A stretch of 64,000 nucleotides of DNA from Eledone cirrhosa (GCA_964016885.1 OZ024745.1:115444001-115508000); one strand, 5' to 3'; shown: positions 41,670 through 55,909, numbered from the stretch's first letter. Notes: generated by a model from the sequence alone, not told the origin. Made by a program: numbers and translations.

Positions 41670-44600
41670 TATGTATGCATGCATGCATGTGTAGATATGG
41701 ATGTTATTGTATGTGTGGATGTGGATGTTTTGAGTTGTATGTGTGCATGTGTATATGCTTTGCATCTGTACATGTGTATATGCAGTTATTAGATGCAAAA
41801 TTTTTGGAATGTTTTACATATTTTTACTGTTCCATTAATGGATTGTACTTGTAATTTCCTAACTAGTTGTGTTCTTTCTGTTCCTGTGAAGCCTAGCTTC
41901 TCAAGATTTGTATTGGGGCAGTTACTAACATATCCCAGTGCCCCAATAATTACAGGCATAAATCTGAAGGTGTAATCAGGGTGGAGTATCTGCAGATTTC
42001 TCATCAGTTCTGCATAAATATTCTCCTTTTCGCTAATCTTTGATATTATATTGGCATCTGCTGGGCAGCTAATTTCCACTACTGTGCATGCTTTCTTCTC
42101 CCTGTCCCATATCATATCTAGTCTGTTATGACTGCATTTTATTGGGGTTTTTACTGGAACATTCCACCTGTACTCTTTCATATTATGTACATGGATGTCT
42201 TCCACATTGCTGTAGCTTTTAATGTGTTTATTATCGGGCTATCTATTTTACGAACTGCATTGTACAGTGTTTTGGCCACTACATCATGCCTCAAAGGTAT
42301 ATAGTACCGCGATGACATCTTTGGACAGCTGCTGATGACATGGGTGATATCCTCGATGTTAGTTCTGCAGAGTCTGCACTTGTTATCACATCTAGGTGTT
42401 TTGCCTGCATCCCTATCTCTTTTGTGAATCAGGTATTTCGTGTTAATCTCCTGTTCTTCGATTGCAAAAGCGTATCCTTCAAAGTGGGAGCCAATATAGT
42501 GGTTGTTGGTCCAAGATAGACTACTTTCCTTATCTATATTACTCTCACTCTGGAGCTTCCTGGCAAGATATCCATGCATGATTTTTTGCTGATGAGTATG
42601 CAGTTTTTCATCCATGGATTCACTGCGATACTGCTGAGCGACTTCCCTGGATATGAGTTTTTGATTATCAGACAGGGAATATCTCTCGAGGAGTTCCTTC
42701 CCAACTCTCATGATCTTATCTGTTTCATACAGATAGATTTGTTCGAGAGACGGGCTCCTACGCTTCGAAGTTCGTAGATGTTGCCGGAGAGATATGATGC
42801 GACATTCAAATGCTGTCTGGACTGATGTTAGGCCTCTGCCTCCCTGCTTACGTTTCAAGTAAAGGCGGTCTATATCACTGTTGATGTGGAAGTTTCCGGT
42901 GTTGTTTAGTATTTTTCGAGTTCCAACATCAACTGCTCGGATTTCGTCTATCGTCCAATTGAGTATTCCAAACGTTGGTGTTAGGACAGGCACAGCAAAC
43001 ACATTGTGAGCCACTGTTTTGTTTTGCGCAGAGAGTTCCGATGACCAGATCTTTCTTAATGGGATGTAGTATTCCCTGGTTACGCGTTCTTTATTACAGA
43101 TACCATTATAGGATATGTTCTCATCTATCCTCAGGTATCTGTAGCAGTCCTCATCAGATATCGGTGAAACAGTTAGGCCATTGATGACAATGTTGCTAGA
43201 TTGGGTTGTTGTTGTTCCCCGCTTTACAGTCATGTATGAGCATTTATCTTGGCCAAACTCCATTCCTATATCCTTTGAGAACGTTGTAACCAGGTCAAGA
43301 TTTTTTTTTATCCCATCCATGTTCTTGGCATAGAGTTTCAGATCGTCCACAAAGAAATTATGGGTTATGTTCGTATTTCTGTCCTCCAGTGAGCCAATGA
43401 TGTATCCCTCACATTTCTTGAGCAGAAAGGACAAGGGGTTTAATGACAAGATGAATAATATCACAGAGAGACTGTCCCCCTGAAATATACCCCTGCTATA
43501 TTTTATTTTATCAGTGAAAATAGAGTCCTCCCTCTCTGTCTTTAACCTTAGGATAGTAGCCCAAGAAAAAGACAACCTCTCTATGGCTCTGACAATAATG
43601 TCTGGGACTTCAGCAAGTTGGAGGGCCTCTATCATCCAAGAGTGGGGAACAGAATCGAAAGCTTTCCTGTAGTCTAGCCAGACTGTAGCCATATTCCTCC
43701 TAAATCGTCGCACCTCCAACATCGCAGTTTTGTTGATTAGGAGTTGTTCAGCACATCCCCAAACCCCTTTCTTTCCAGCTACTTGTTCATCTGTGATGAT
43801 GTTATTATTTTCACAGTGATCTTGGAGGAATAGGTTCAGGCAATCTGTATACATCTTATACATCAGGTTCTGGCATGCAATGGGTAGGTAGTTTTTTTGC
43901 CAGGTGGGTGTCTTTGTTCTTGGGGACCAGTAATGTTTGTGCTAATGTCAACCATTCTGGTATAAGTGTATCTCCCTTAAGAACCTGTTGGTAGAGGTCG
44001 GTTAGATACCTCCGATAGAATATCAGTTTTTTGTACCAGTAGCCGACAATCATGTCTCTTCCTGGTGTTTTCTTATCTTGGCGTTTTCCTATCACAGTCT
44101 CAAGTGTACCCTCACTTATTTCGTATGTTTTTGTTGTAGTGTAGGAGCAATAGTTCTTTCGGATTTCTCTTAGCCACACTGCATCTTGGTTGAAATTCTT
44201 CTTTTCACCCCATATTTTGCTCCAAAAGGAATCTATATCTTTCTGGGATGGGGCCTCAGTGACACTTATTATTTTGTTCTTCATATCTCTACAGACTGAT
44301 GTTTGGTTTCGTCTGAATCTTTTATTAAGAACTTTTCTCTCATCTACCTTCTTCAGGTATCGGCGTTTTTCGCTAACAGCTCTCAATTCTTGTTTGAGAG
44401 TGATCAGCTTATATTGAAAAGTTCTGGTCCTTGTTGTCAAACATCATCTCTATTTTATTTTTCACTCTTTGTTGGTGAGGAGTGAGGTTTTTTGTGTTTG
44501 TTTGTATGTAAGGAGCATTGCCACATATCCTATCATTTTTCGTAGGTCAGCAATCCTTTTTTCTATTTTAGTTATATATGATGGTATTTTTGGTGGTGTT

Positions 44601-45678
44601 CTGTTCTTGTTAATATCTCTGCTATCACCAAGATGTCGTTGCTAAGGCATATAAACAGGCGTTGATTTGCCAAAATGTTGGGGTTTTTATCTGTCGTAAA
44701 TATTCATCCCCTATTTCGTCAATAACACGTACTATTTCATTATTTGGTTTTTTTTATTATTATACATTGTCGTTTTAATACATTCAGCAAGAGAGATATT
44801 TATACATGAATTAATTTCTCTCTGGAAGATTTCGTTGAGGGAAATTTTCAATTGTTTATAATTTTGATTATTATCATTATCGATAGTGTTTTCCACAACA
44901 TTCGAGGTAGACTCGGGTGGTACACGTGGTGTCAAATTTCTTCGATTATTATTATTATTTCTTCGGTTATTATTATTATCGATAGTGTTTTCCCCAGCAT
45001 TCGAGGTAGACTTAGATGGTACAGGTGGTGTCAAGTTTCTTACAGGCATAGTTGTTTCAAGGCGCTGTTTGACCTGGCTGCTAGGAAGTCTAGTAGCATG
45101 GCGACCTGTAGCACGTGTTGTTGATAACATGTTTGTTGTGGGGGACTTACAATTAATACTATTTATCTTATTTTTACGTTCAACAAACTTCGCTTGTTGG
45201 CGTAATTGTTTCGCTGTGAAATAATTTAGCTCTGGGTGCATTTCGTCCCAGTGTAGCTTCATTTTGTTCATATAGCCAATGGAGGGATTTTTTTTTTGCC
45301 ATTTTATAACAATTAAATAAATCATTATTAAGTTCGCAACTCCAAGAGAAATGCAATTTATAATTTCGGTCTCTTCTGTAGCTACAACTGAATAAAGTTT
45401 GTTTACCTTTCTTGTTGGTTGTCTTCGATACTTCCTTAATTTTGTTGTTGATGTTGTGTTCAGCCATGCTGTTCGTAGCAAATCCTTGTAAAATGAATTA
45501 TTTATTTAGTCGGATATCTCTACGAATTCGAATAAAAGGTGTCTTCAGAAAATATAGTTAGAAGAATAACCAGTTATTCAACATGACTGTAGTTGTAGCA
45601 TTACTGTCGGAGATAGTATTCATCTTAAATTTAATAAATAGTCTCCCACGCCAAAATATGCGACTGATCGCGTTGACT
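41670..45678 (-). mobile_element. Near full-length R4/Dong-type non-LTR retrotransposon (RT + CCHC + RLE), frameshifted
   Basis: KTPGRD, VWLDYRKAFDSVPH, GIFQGDSLS, FFVDDLKLY, RLYLKRKQGGRGL, CRLC..HVISSCP, RHD, NRLDMIWD..VEISCP. Confidence 0.92.
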
Positions 45679-46654
45679 GTATGTATGTATGTAAGTGAAA
45701 GTTCCTATTTCTGTGCTCTTCTGCAGGTATCCAGAATTTGGTAAGTTTCACTTCAAAATACTAATGAAGACTGGGAGATATGTGTTTTTTAACGCAAATG
45801 TGTCACAGCGTCTAACGCGTCCTATACTCGTGCCGCTAAAAATAGCAGCCGGTTTTATAGGACTAAAAAAATAGCTCAACGGATGGAGCCCTAAATATCA
45901 TATATAGAGTTATAAACTCAAATAGTCTTTTACAATTAATTAGCTCAAAGAAAGGAATAATTCTGAGCCGCGTAATACAAATGAATATATGATAGGGATA
46001 AACACTGACACGAGTATACATGTGTTCTTATTGCACATGACCAAGTTAGCTAGATTGAAAAATACTAATTAAAATAATCACTTAATCGTTGCGAAACAAA
46101 TTTGAAGTTTGAAATTGAAATTTTTCCAGGTATCACGGCTTTTGCCAATATAGATTTGTTTTTATTGATTTATTATTTTAAATCGAGACAGACAAACTGT
46201 ATTATTTTAATTAGTATTTTTCAACTAGCTAACTTGGTCATTTGCAATACGAACACATGTATGTATGTATGTATGTATGTTTTGAAAAGAGAAGAAAACG
46301 GACATATGAACTAGATACATCTCACTGCCTCCCACCTTCACAATAACGTCTACACTCTCTCTCCTCCACCACATTTACATTTATACATGTCATTATCCTA
46401 TCTAGACTAAAGTCACTGACGTGTTGCCAAACTCTTTACTCTGTGTTGAATGTGTGTGTATATATATATGTATGAATGTGTATATATATATATATAAGAA
46501 TTAAAATATTAGAGTGTGTTGGAGTTGAACACCCTCTTCGTATTATATAAATGACAGTAAAGGTATAGCTCAATGTAATTAAACAGAGCCGAAGAATTAT
46601 GAAAATAAACCAAAGAAGCCTTCAATACATCAAAAGTCTTTATTAGCCAACAAT

Positions 46655-46698
<44 letters not shown>

Positions 46699-46703
<5 letters not shown>

Positions 46704-47077
46704 ACGTCAAGACGGGCGGTCTCAAAAGTGAAACTAATTTTTGACATGTGTGTATATATATGTGTGTGTGTGTATGTATATATATATATATATGTGTTTG
46801 TATATATATATGTGTGTTTGTGTCATCATCATCGTTTAACGTCTATCTTCCACGCAAGCATGGGTTTAGACGTATATATATGTTTGTGTGTATATATGTG
46901 TTTGTGTGTATATATATGTGTGTTTGTGTGTATATATATGTGTCTGTATATATATATATGTGTATGTATATATATATATTTATGCACACATACACATTTG
47001 TATGAATTTGTAGACGTATTTACGTAACTGTCAAAAATTAGTTTCACTTTTGAGACCCCCCGGTCTTGACGTATGCC
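46699..47077. mobile_element. MITE with about 48-bp TIRs, inserted in (TA)n
   Basis: GGCATACGTCAAGAC..TCTCAAAAGTGAAACTAATTTTTGACA at 46699-46746 and its reverse complement at 47029-47077. Confidence 0.8.
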
Positions 47078-47230
47078 TATATATATATATATATATATAT
47101 ATATGTAGGAGGTGAGTTTTATTGTAGTACAATAAAGCAATGCAGATATCGGATAAGAAGCACTCTACAGTTTGTGGGACTGGAGTATACATAATATATA
47201 AGAACAAAAGATGGTTAAAGGAGTTCCATG

Positions 47231-47301
47231 TATTTTATTATGCGCATTTCAAAAACAAATATCATCATGCAATAATATTTGTGTTTTCATCAGATAAAAC
47301 A
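47231..47301 (-). ncRNA. Type I hammerhead ribozyme, long stem II (mirror copy)
   Basis: Reverse complement of 47397-47467. Confidence 0.78.
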
Positions 47302-47396
47302 GGAGGACATGATATGAAGGGTAAAAAACACTTGTGGATGTTGATTTAAAACTGAACTATCCACAAGTGTTTTTTAGCCTTCATATCATGTCCTCC

Positions 47397-47467
47397 TGTT
47401 TTATCTGATGAAAACACAAATATTATTGCATGATGATATTTGTTTTTGAAATGCGCATAATAAAATA
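47397..47467 (+). ncRNA. Type I hammerhead ribozyme, long stem II
   Basis: tgttttat-CTGATGA-AAACACAAATATTATT gcat GATGATATTTGTTTTT-GAAA-tgcgca-TA-ataaaata. Confidence 0.8.
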
Positions 47468-47813
47468 CATGGAACTCCTTTAACCATCTTTTGTTCTTAT
47501 ATATATATATATATATATATATATTACTCAGTCAAAACGACCAAATTTCAACCCCAACATCTACAACAACAACAACAACAACATCGGCACCGATGTCTAC
47601 AGCAACAACAGCATCATAATGAAATGAACACCAACAACAAGAGGAACAACACAATTTACAACTGCGGCATCAAACGATAAAATAAAATTTAAAAAATAAA
47701 AGAACGAACAAACAAACAACATCAACATCAACTGCCATCACCATCACCCCCACCCACCACCACCACCACCATCACCACCATCACCAGCGATCGGGCGTTA
47801 AGAAAACAACAAC

Positions 47814-48202
47814 TAATTGTTTCTACTTTTGGCACAAGGCCAGCAAACAACCAGTGTATTACTGGTACTTTATTTTATCGACCCCGTAAGGATGAAAGGC
47901 AAAGTTAACCTCAGCGGATATAATAATATTTTTTCTACTTTTGGCCCGGGGCCAGCGATTGTCCCGGCGCATTACTGGTGCTTTGTTTTATCGACTCCAT
48001 GGGGATGAAAGGCAAGGTTGACCTCGGCGGGATTTGAGCTCGGAACGTAGAGGGCAATAGCTCAATGCTGTAAAGCAATTATAATAATTGTTTCTACTTT
48101 TTGGCACAAGGCCAGCAATTATCCAGTGCATTACTGGTATTTTATCGACACCGTAAGGATGAAAGGCAAAGTTAACCTTGGCGGAATTTGAACTCAGATC
48201 AT
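47814..48202 (-). mobile_element. Cluster of three partial SINE copies
   Basis: Three gtttctacttttggc..ggatgaaaggcaa..acct blocks. Confidence 0.85.
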
Positions 48203-50837
48203 ATTAATAATAATATTCGATTCGTTTGCGATTATGCAAGCAGCCTCTTTTGTAAACCATGTCAGTAGAATGAGACCTCCCTTCTCGCTCTTGTGTTGGC
48301 ATATATATATTTAACATATGTATGTATATAAGGAATACTATTTTTGAGGAGACGTCTTGAGGTTTTAGTTCTTTTTTCTTATCATTATATGCATGGAATA
48401 TTCAAAACTTCATTTTGTAGCTTGAATAAAATGAGGAAACATCCACCGACAGTTTTATTTTTGTTTCTGCGTTTAAATTAAGGTAATAAAGAATAAACTT
48501 CCAATGCTTCGGTAATTGTGATTTGATATATTATTATACCGATGTTTATTATAATCATTATAATATCGTAATATAATCTCTATCATAATACTGAGCACAA
48601 GCCTTTAACATAAACCTCCTAAATATTTTCTGTCCATCCTTTCATGCAATTCACAAACTTCTATGTATTCATCGCTATCACAAAACTTCTATCTGTAATA
48701 CACATTGGAAATAAACATAATAACATATATCTAAGCAATTAATTTTGTAGCTTTTTGTAATCAATAATTAATTGATTTTGTTTATGCTTTTATTTCAAAT
48801 TAACTAAATTTATGAACTCACTCCAAAGACGCCAGCTTTCTAAAATATGTTAGACGTTTATCTAAAATGTTATTAATACCATTTTAAAAGCAATTTTAAA
48901 AAAAATTGATTCTCATTTCAGAATTCAGAAGCCACTGAATGAAATCTTAAAAGCTACTTAATTTTCAGGTGTCTGATTTCAATAATCGTAATCAGCTCCA
49001 AACCTGATTCACATTTAACAAATTATTTTCAGTAAATTATTTTGGCAACATACAAATGAAATGTATTTCAGATTGACTTGGTTTACCCTCGCAATGCTTT
49101 GCCTCTTCACGGAACCCTTCACGTCACTCGTGAGGTAATAATTCTCCACTTTGGAATCACCCAGTAAATGTTTATTTTAACTGCTATTTTTTTCTTTTTC
49201 TTCTGTCTCCTTACGATCTCTGAGAGTTTAAAATGCTATATTGCTGATTGTCCCAACAAGAACAAGTGACCAGAAAATTTATTGTGTCTATGTATTTTTT
49301 GTACAGGTGGCAGCTACTATTTTTGTGGAATATTTTCTAACATTCTTGTGGGGAAATTCAATTGAAACAGCCCCACGTAAAAACATAATGTTGGTATAAT
49401 TGCTGTTTATAGCTTTACATACTTATATTGTTTTCCTTGCTGTAAAACTTTTATTCAATTTTTATTTTGCTTTCATTTCGTTTCATTTCATACAAATAAA
49501 TTATGTTTCATAAACAAAAACTAAAGATGTGTTTAGGAGCTAAGTTGTTTTCTTTTTAGCGACTAAATGAAACAATATGGCAAACATTCTTTTGTGTTTC
49601 TATTGAAATGGGTATATTCTTCATTTTTGTTAAATTTTAATTGAAATAAACCTTAAACAAAGCTTGAAAGATTAAATTAATTATAATATGTAAAGCATTT
49701 ATTTAACAATGTAATTTTGAAAAACATTAATTTAAGTCTTCTTCGTATGCGATGCATGTTTGACATTCTGTGTTTTATTGTTAGTTTGTTTAGTTGCGTA
49801 GAGCAATGGGTGGCAGCTCTAGAATATTGTATGAGTTGATGATAGTGTTGGGTATGTGTTCTGAGTAGAGATTGTACTGCTTCAGCTATGCATGTTGCAT
49901 GTCTTTCGCTATACATGTTACATGTAGCTGTCTGAGCTATCGTTTGTACTGTGTACAATTATGAGCCTTGGTGTGGTTTTACATTCTTGTTCATATAATT
50001 TTATCATACTTAGTACTCCAGTGATTATCTGTATTGTGTGCACATCCATACCATATACATCCTACTTGTTTTAATTTCAAAATCCTTGTAGCTTTACATT
50101 ATTTCTACCACCTGAGCTCCGCTTTGATCAGAAGGGATCAAGATGTATATCTTATTATAGACATCTTTTTTCGATACTTGGTTATTATATGTAGATGGTT
50201 TGCCTTGATATCCGTGCCAGTCTGGACAAGCATATCTCAGATGAGTGTAGCCAGGGTATTGCCATGTATCAAGTATTGCCATGTATTGTGTTCGGGAAAG
50301 GTTTATACCAATTCCTGCCACTTTTCACGTCGAGGTATCAGCATATTTCTCAATGGACACAGTAATTTTCTGCATACACCTCGGATAAAAATACCTCAAA
50401 AGACAGAAATCTGGGGCCAGTGGTCGGTAAAGAGAAAAGCAAAGCTCGGAGGAGGATGATAGGCAGAAGAAACATAGAAAAGATTGAGAGAAGAAGTGTA
50501 GGCACATAGAAGTGATAAGAAGAAAGAAATGAAAACAAATTTGAGTAATAAACGATACAAATTCACACACGCGCGTGCACGAATCTGACCTCATCAGCTC
50601 TCAAACCGACATGGGGTTTCACACGAATTAAATGAGAGGACCGCACATTTTTATTTCTGCCAGCTCGTGCAACAGAAACTTTCTGCTGGTATGATGCGTG
50701 CGTGATATGACAAACAGAATAGACAGGGTCGGTTTTCGCTTCCGTATATTTTATATTCCTATAGATAATTTAGAAGGCAATCAATGTTTATCATTGGTTG
50801 GCCAACAGTTAAAATATAGATATAAATATATATATAT

Positions 50838-51969
50838 TTAGTCTCTCGGCGTTCTTTCATCACACACCTGTGACATCATCAGTGATACTATTATGTTTGC
50901 TCCTGATGTATTGTAATGTTTACTTATTCTATTTTAAATTAATTAATTTATTTATTGTTGTCGCTGTTTGTGCATGCGTTTGTGTGCGTGTTTTCTGTTT
51001 TGTGTGTGTTAGTGTCTGAGTCTGTGTTTGTATTCTATCTTTGGTCACTAGTGTGTGTTTATGTGTGATTGTTGTTGTTATTCCATTCATATTTTTTTTT
51101 GTTATCCAATTCATGTTTTCTGTTTCTATGTTTAGCTATTATTTTAATTTCTATGTTTTCTATATTACCATCATGTCTTTGTTTGGCGTGTTCATATAAT
51201 ACCCAGCTGTTGTTTTGTCCTATTGGTCTCTTCTCTCTCCCATGCTTCGAGCTGTCTCACCTATGTATGTCGTTGTCATGTTTCTGCAAGTACCCTCTGT
51301 ACATCTTATGCTACATTTCTAGTGTTACAATTTATTTGGAGATTTATTCTACATATAAGACATTTCTTATTAGTACTGTAGATTTTCTTAAAGAGGTAAG
51401 TTTTGCAGATCAGGGATTTTATGGTAGTTCCTGGATTTTCTACCACATTAATCTTTAAATAGGTCTTTTTTAGGCTTTCTAAATTGGTCAGCTACTTCAC
51501 CTCCTGGGGTTGCTTCCACGAACATGACACTCTGGTATCTCTGGTTGTCGTACCATGAACGGGCTTTCCCTATCTTATGTTTAGTCCTATCTAAGCTATT
51601 CCATGATTTGCTCCTGTATAATGGGCAAATTCCTTTCATGTCCATTTCTATGAGGGTCTTATGTTTCTCCGTGGCTCCTTTGTATTCTCTGATTCTGTCT
51701 CTTTGGTTGTAGCCAGAGAACTGCATGCGATTGATGAAGCGTTGTACATGTCTGTCCAGTTCAGTTGATCGGTCATGCGGGACATTCTTCATCACTCTTA
51801 CTAAGTCTGTGATCAGAATATTAAACTTAGCACTATTGGACATTGCTGAGATTTTGAGTATAAGGTATTTGGATGCCATGGGTTTAGCATAGTGTGAGTG
51901 GAGAATTTGGGTTTTCTCGTTTATAGTGTGTAACCAGAGTTCAGTGTCTAATACTGGTAGTCTATTGTT

Positions 51970-51973
<4 letters not shown>
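50838..51973 (-). mobile_element. Second Penelope-like element (Neptune-like), 5'-truncated, both ends in (TA)n
   Basis: [39 protein letters not shown] thumb/linker; TYIGETARSMGER GIY-YIG; degenerate HHR CTGATGA-tGTCACAggtgTGTGAT-GAAAgaac at 50839-50890. Clade tentative. Confidence 0.85.
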
Positions 51974-52612
<639 letters not shown>

Positions 52613-52828
52613 AACAGCCCCTAATCTTCCTTAGGTTAACCCGGAATATTTTCACTCCTGTTAAATATATATGGAACCGGCCGATCACATAGCCATGCAT
52701 TTTGGGGGTATATCATTATAAAAAGAAAATGGTAGTAAATTAGTGTGTTGAGGTGCCCTTCCTGTGCATTAGAGTAATTGATAACTAAATTTCTTTATTA
52801 GGAACTGAATTAGTATTAACATCTAAAT

Positions 52829-53118
52829 CAGGCATGGGCAACCTTTTTCGAGAAGCGGACCGCATGAGATATGGCTCATCACCAGGCGGACCGCAAGCGT
52901 TAATTTACATTCGTGCCCACATAAAAAAAAAATAGGGCGGTAACTCAGGTTGTTTTGATTTGTTTCTTCGGAATTCGTACACATTCTTTTCCTCGATCGT
53001 AAACATTATAGAAAGATAAATTAGGACTGAAAAGTTAGTGTAAACAAATCAGAAATATTTCACATAAGCGAGCCATTCAGAAAGCTTCGTGGGCCGCATG
53101 CCTGATTGCCTATGACTG
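52829..53118. mobile_element. hAT-superfamily MITE
   Basis: TIRs CAGGCATGGGCAA / TTGCCTATGACTG; 8-bp TSD ATCTAAAT at 52821-52828 and 53119-53126. Confidence 0.88.
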
Positions 53119-53234
53119 ATCTAAATGCTTTGCTCTTTAGCTAAGTGTTAGATTTGGCAGACTTACTTACACTCCCTAACTACCTTCCTTGATTTTTACA
53201 TACTAAAATTACATTCTTACCCCTTTGAATTGTA

Positions 53235-54361
53235 GGTTACCGTCTCTGCTGACCTCGATACTTGTATCAGAGCAGCAGCCGAGGGGATACGCAACGTCAA
53301 GTTTGACGACAGAGGGTGGCAACAGGCCACTTTACCGGTCAGGTATGGCGGCCTAGGCCTCCGGTCCCCGATCTCACTAGCTTTGCCGGCGTATCTTTCG
53401 TCGGTAACCTCGTGCCGCGTCCTCGTCAGCAGGGTTCTTCAAAACACAACAGAACCCTCTGTGTTCAGAGAACGTGAGGCTGCCTGTGAGACGTGGCACC
53501 GGCTGGGACTTGGCCCAGTAGACGTCCCTCCTCCTTCTTACCCTGTTGACGTCAAGTCCCCCCAACGCACTTGGGATGCCATCCAGTGCAGCCTGGCCTC
53601 AGGCAGGCTCACGCGCCAGCTCCACCAGCACCGCCTTGCTTGTTTTCGTGCGGCCTCCAAACCCCACAGTGGTGCCTGGCTCCATGCTCTGCCCTCCTTC
53701 TCCACTGGCAAGCAGCTAGACAACCATAGCCTGCGAATCGGCGTTTCCCTGAGGCTCGGCCTCCGGATCTGCCAGCCACACCAATGTCGCTGCGGTTCCA
53801 CCGTGGACTCTTTCGGCCTCCACCCGCTTTCCTGTCGCCACAGTGCCGGCCGCATTCCACGCCATGCTGTCCTCAACGAGGTCATTAAGCATGGCTTGGA
53901 CGCTGCAGGCTTCTCTTCCCAGCTCGAGCCAGTGGGGCTGGATCGAAGGGACGGCAAAGGGCCAGATGGCATGACTATCTGCCCGTGGCAAACCCCTCGT
54001 CTGGGATTCCACTTGCACCGACACTTTCTGCAACCGCAACCTGGTGCAGTCTGCGACTGACCCAGGTTCTGCTGCACGTCGGGCTGAGGGGGCCAAACTC
54101 GTCAAATACCGGTCGCTCTCCGACAGGTTTGCGGTCGTTCCGCTGGCAGTGTAAACTTCTGGTGTCCTCGGCCCCAGGGCTACCGCCTTACTCACCACCA
54201 TAGGCGCTGAGCTGGTCAGCCGTAGGTGTGAGCCCCGCGAGTTGGAGTGGCTTTTCCAGCGCGTCTCCCTTGCCGTCCTCCGGGGAAACGCCTTCTGCAT
54301 TCTGTTCGCCGGGGCTGTGGATGGGCCCCATCGCGTACCATTACATTAGTTAAATACCATT
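53235..54361 (+). mobile_element. CRE-clade LINE 3' part (post-RT, zinc finger, RLE)
   Basis: QATLPVRYGGLGL, HSGAWLHALP, CRCG..HPLSC..RH, DGKGPDGMT, WLFQRVSLAVLRGNA; frameshift and stop. Confidence 0.88.
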
Positions 54362-54699
54362 CTTTCATCCCAGTAGAGTTAAATATTATTTAAGGTTAAA
54401 TGAGAACTATACCACACACAATGAAAAATAGTTGTAAAGATTTCTCTCTTAACGCCTGACTGGCTTGGCACGCACAGGTAAGACAGTCCTCTTACTCCCT
54501 CCCCTTTGTTCTACAAGCCAGTTCAACCCCACCGCCACTATGAAGAAATTTAACCATGTACAGGACATCCCAGATCATTGACTACTCCCCGTGACAGACA
54601 AGAAAAACAACACATTTTTAGCATTACTTGCTTTGATATTTCTGCTTTTCTTTTTGTTTTTGTTTTGACTGCATGCCCATATATGGACTGTACCCCTTG

Positions 54700-54883
54700 A
54701 TAAGTTGAGCAAGATTCCCACCGTTCTAATACTGCTGACTTAGTTCGGATCTAGCTGACGAAACGGCCGGAACTCAACCGTCGGGGTCCTGACTCTTTTA
54801 CTATTACCCACTCTACTACCCTAAGTATTGAGTACTCTGATGCGTTATGGTCCACCTGGTATCTTACCACACCTTCTTTGTTA
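54700..54883 (+). mobile_element. PLE pLTR-like 3' end abutting (TA)n
   Basis: Homologous to reverse complement of 16621-16752; GAAAC-GGCC-G palindrome. Confidence 0.6.
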
Positions 54884-54893
54884 TATATATATA

Positions 54894-55260
54894 GTATAAG
54901 GATAAAGGAACAAAGAATCAGTGTTGCATCATAACATATTTAATAACATATTACATATGTTTCACTATCAATCAGCTCGAGGGACGACCTATTATTGACC
55001 GAACCTGACTCTGTAATCGAAATATCACATAGGAAACATATCTGATGATCTTTCGATTACAGGGTTAGGTTCGATCAATAATAGGTCGTTCCTCGCCCTG
55101 ATCGATAGTGAAACATATGTAATATGTTATTAAATATGTTATAGTGCAACACTGATTCTTTGTTCCTTCATTCTTATAGTATTATACTCTGCGCTGCGCG
55201 AGCATCGAGTGCTCACCCGGCATACCGCCGAAGGACGCAATTTTCTTGCAGCCATACACC
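54894..55260 (+). mobile_element. Fold-back PLE pLTR cassette between (TA)n runs
   Basis: Arms about 54894-55027 and 55046-55179, unique tail to 55260. Confidence 0.8.
55035..55128 (+). ncRNA. Type I hammerhead ribozyme with about 60-nt stem II
   Basis: aacatat-CTGATGA-[tctttcgat..caggg..cgatc aataata ggtcg..ccctg atcgatagt]-GAAA-catatg-TA-atatgtt. Confidence 0.8.
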
Positions 55261-55909
55261 TATATATATATATATATCACCTTGAGCACCTTGACCGACC
55301 AGTCTGTCGGCGCCGCTGGTCACAGCACGTCGTGCTGTTTTAAAGAGAAGCTAGATGAAATCGATAAAATATAGTACCAGAGATAAACTGGAGTGAATAT
55401 AATAATCAGCTCTAACTTTGAAAACTGTGTCCCAGCATGGTCACACAGTCTAATAGGAGGAACAAGTAAAAGAAGGAATGAGATATTGCAGGAATGTGGA
55501 CATTTGTTTAATGAACATTAATTGTTTATAGGCAACTCATTGATGATAATTAAAAAACGCCTTCACATTACACCACATATTGAGTGATAAAATGACGGCA
55601 TAGAAGTGGGAGAAATACATTTAATTATCCACTGGAATACTGTGGGTCTGGGGTTAAACATTATCGTTAACAGCCAGACTCTATCATTTTCTTTAAAGCA
55701 ATAACTATCTTGCAATTAAAATTTTCTTTGATAGTTTTCTTAAGAAATGACATATTTACAGATTATATATAGCTTCTCTTGAGAACAGTTGAGGAGAAAA
55801 TACGGACAAAAAATGTATCCGCTAATATTTACATGAGTTTAGGTGGTGAAATTTCGTGCAAGAAAAAACAAACGAAAAAGGCATTTAATTTATGGACTAC
55901 TAAATTGCT

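Larger units (their letters stand above)
47105..47500 (-). mobile_element. Fold-back PLE pLTR cassette (about 145-bp arms plus tail) between (TA)n arrays
   Basis: Arms about 47196-47340 and 47359-47500, nearly identical; unique tail 47105-47195. Confidence 0.82.

Noticed and set aside
49850-50330. Possible SGNH-esterase ORF1 relic of a LINE (PRLIIVHSTND, minus strand)
   Set aside because: Single short motif among stops; insufficient without a profile search.
53222-53240. Splice-acceptor-like AATTGYAG at the 5' junction of two CRE fragments (also 5893-5900)
   Set aside because: Only two of the copies show it; compatible with chance.
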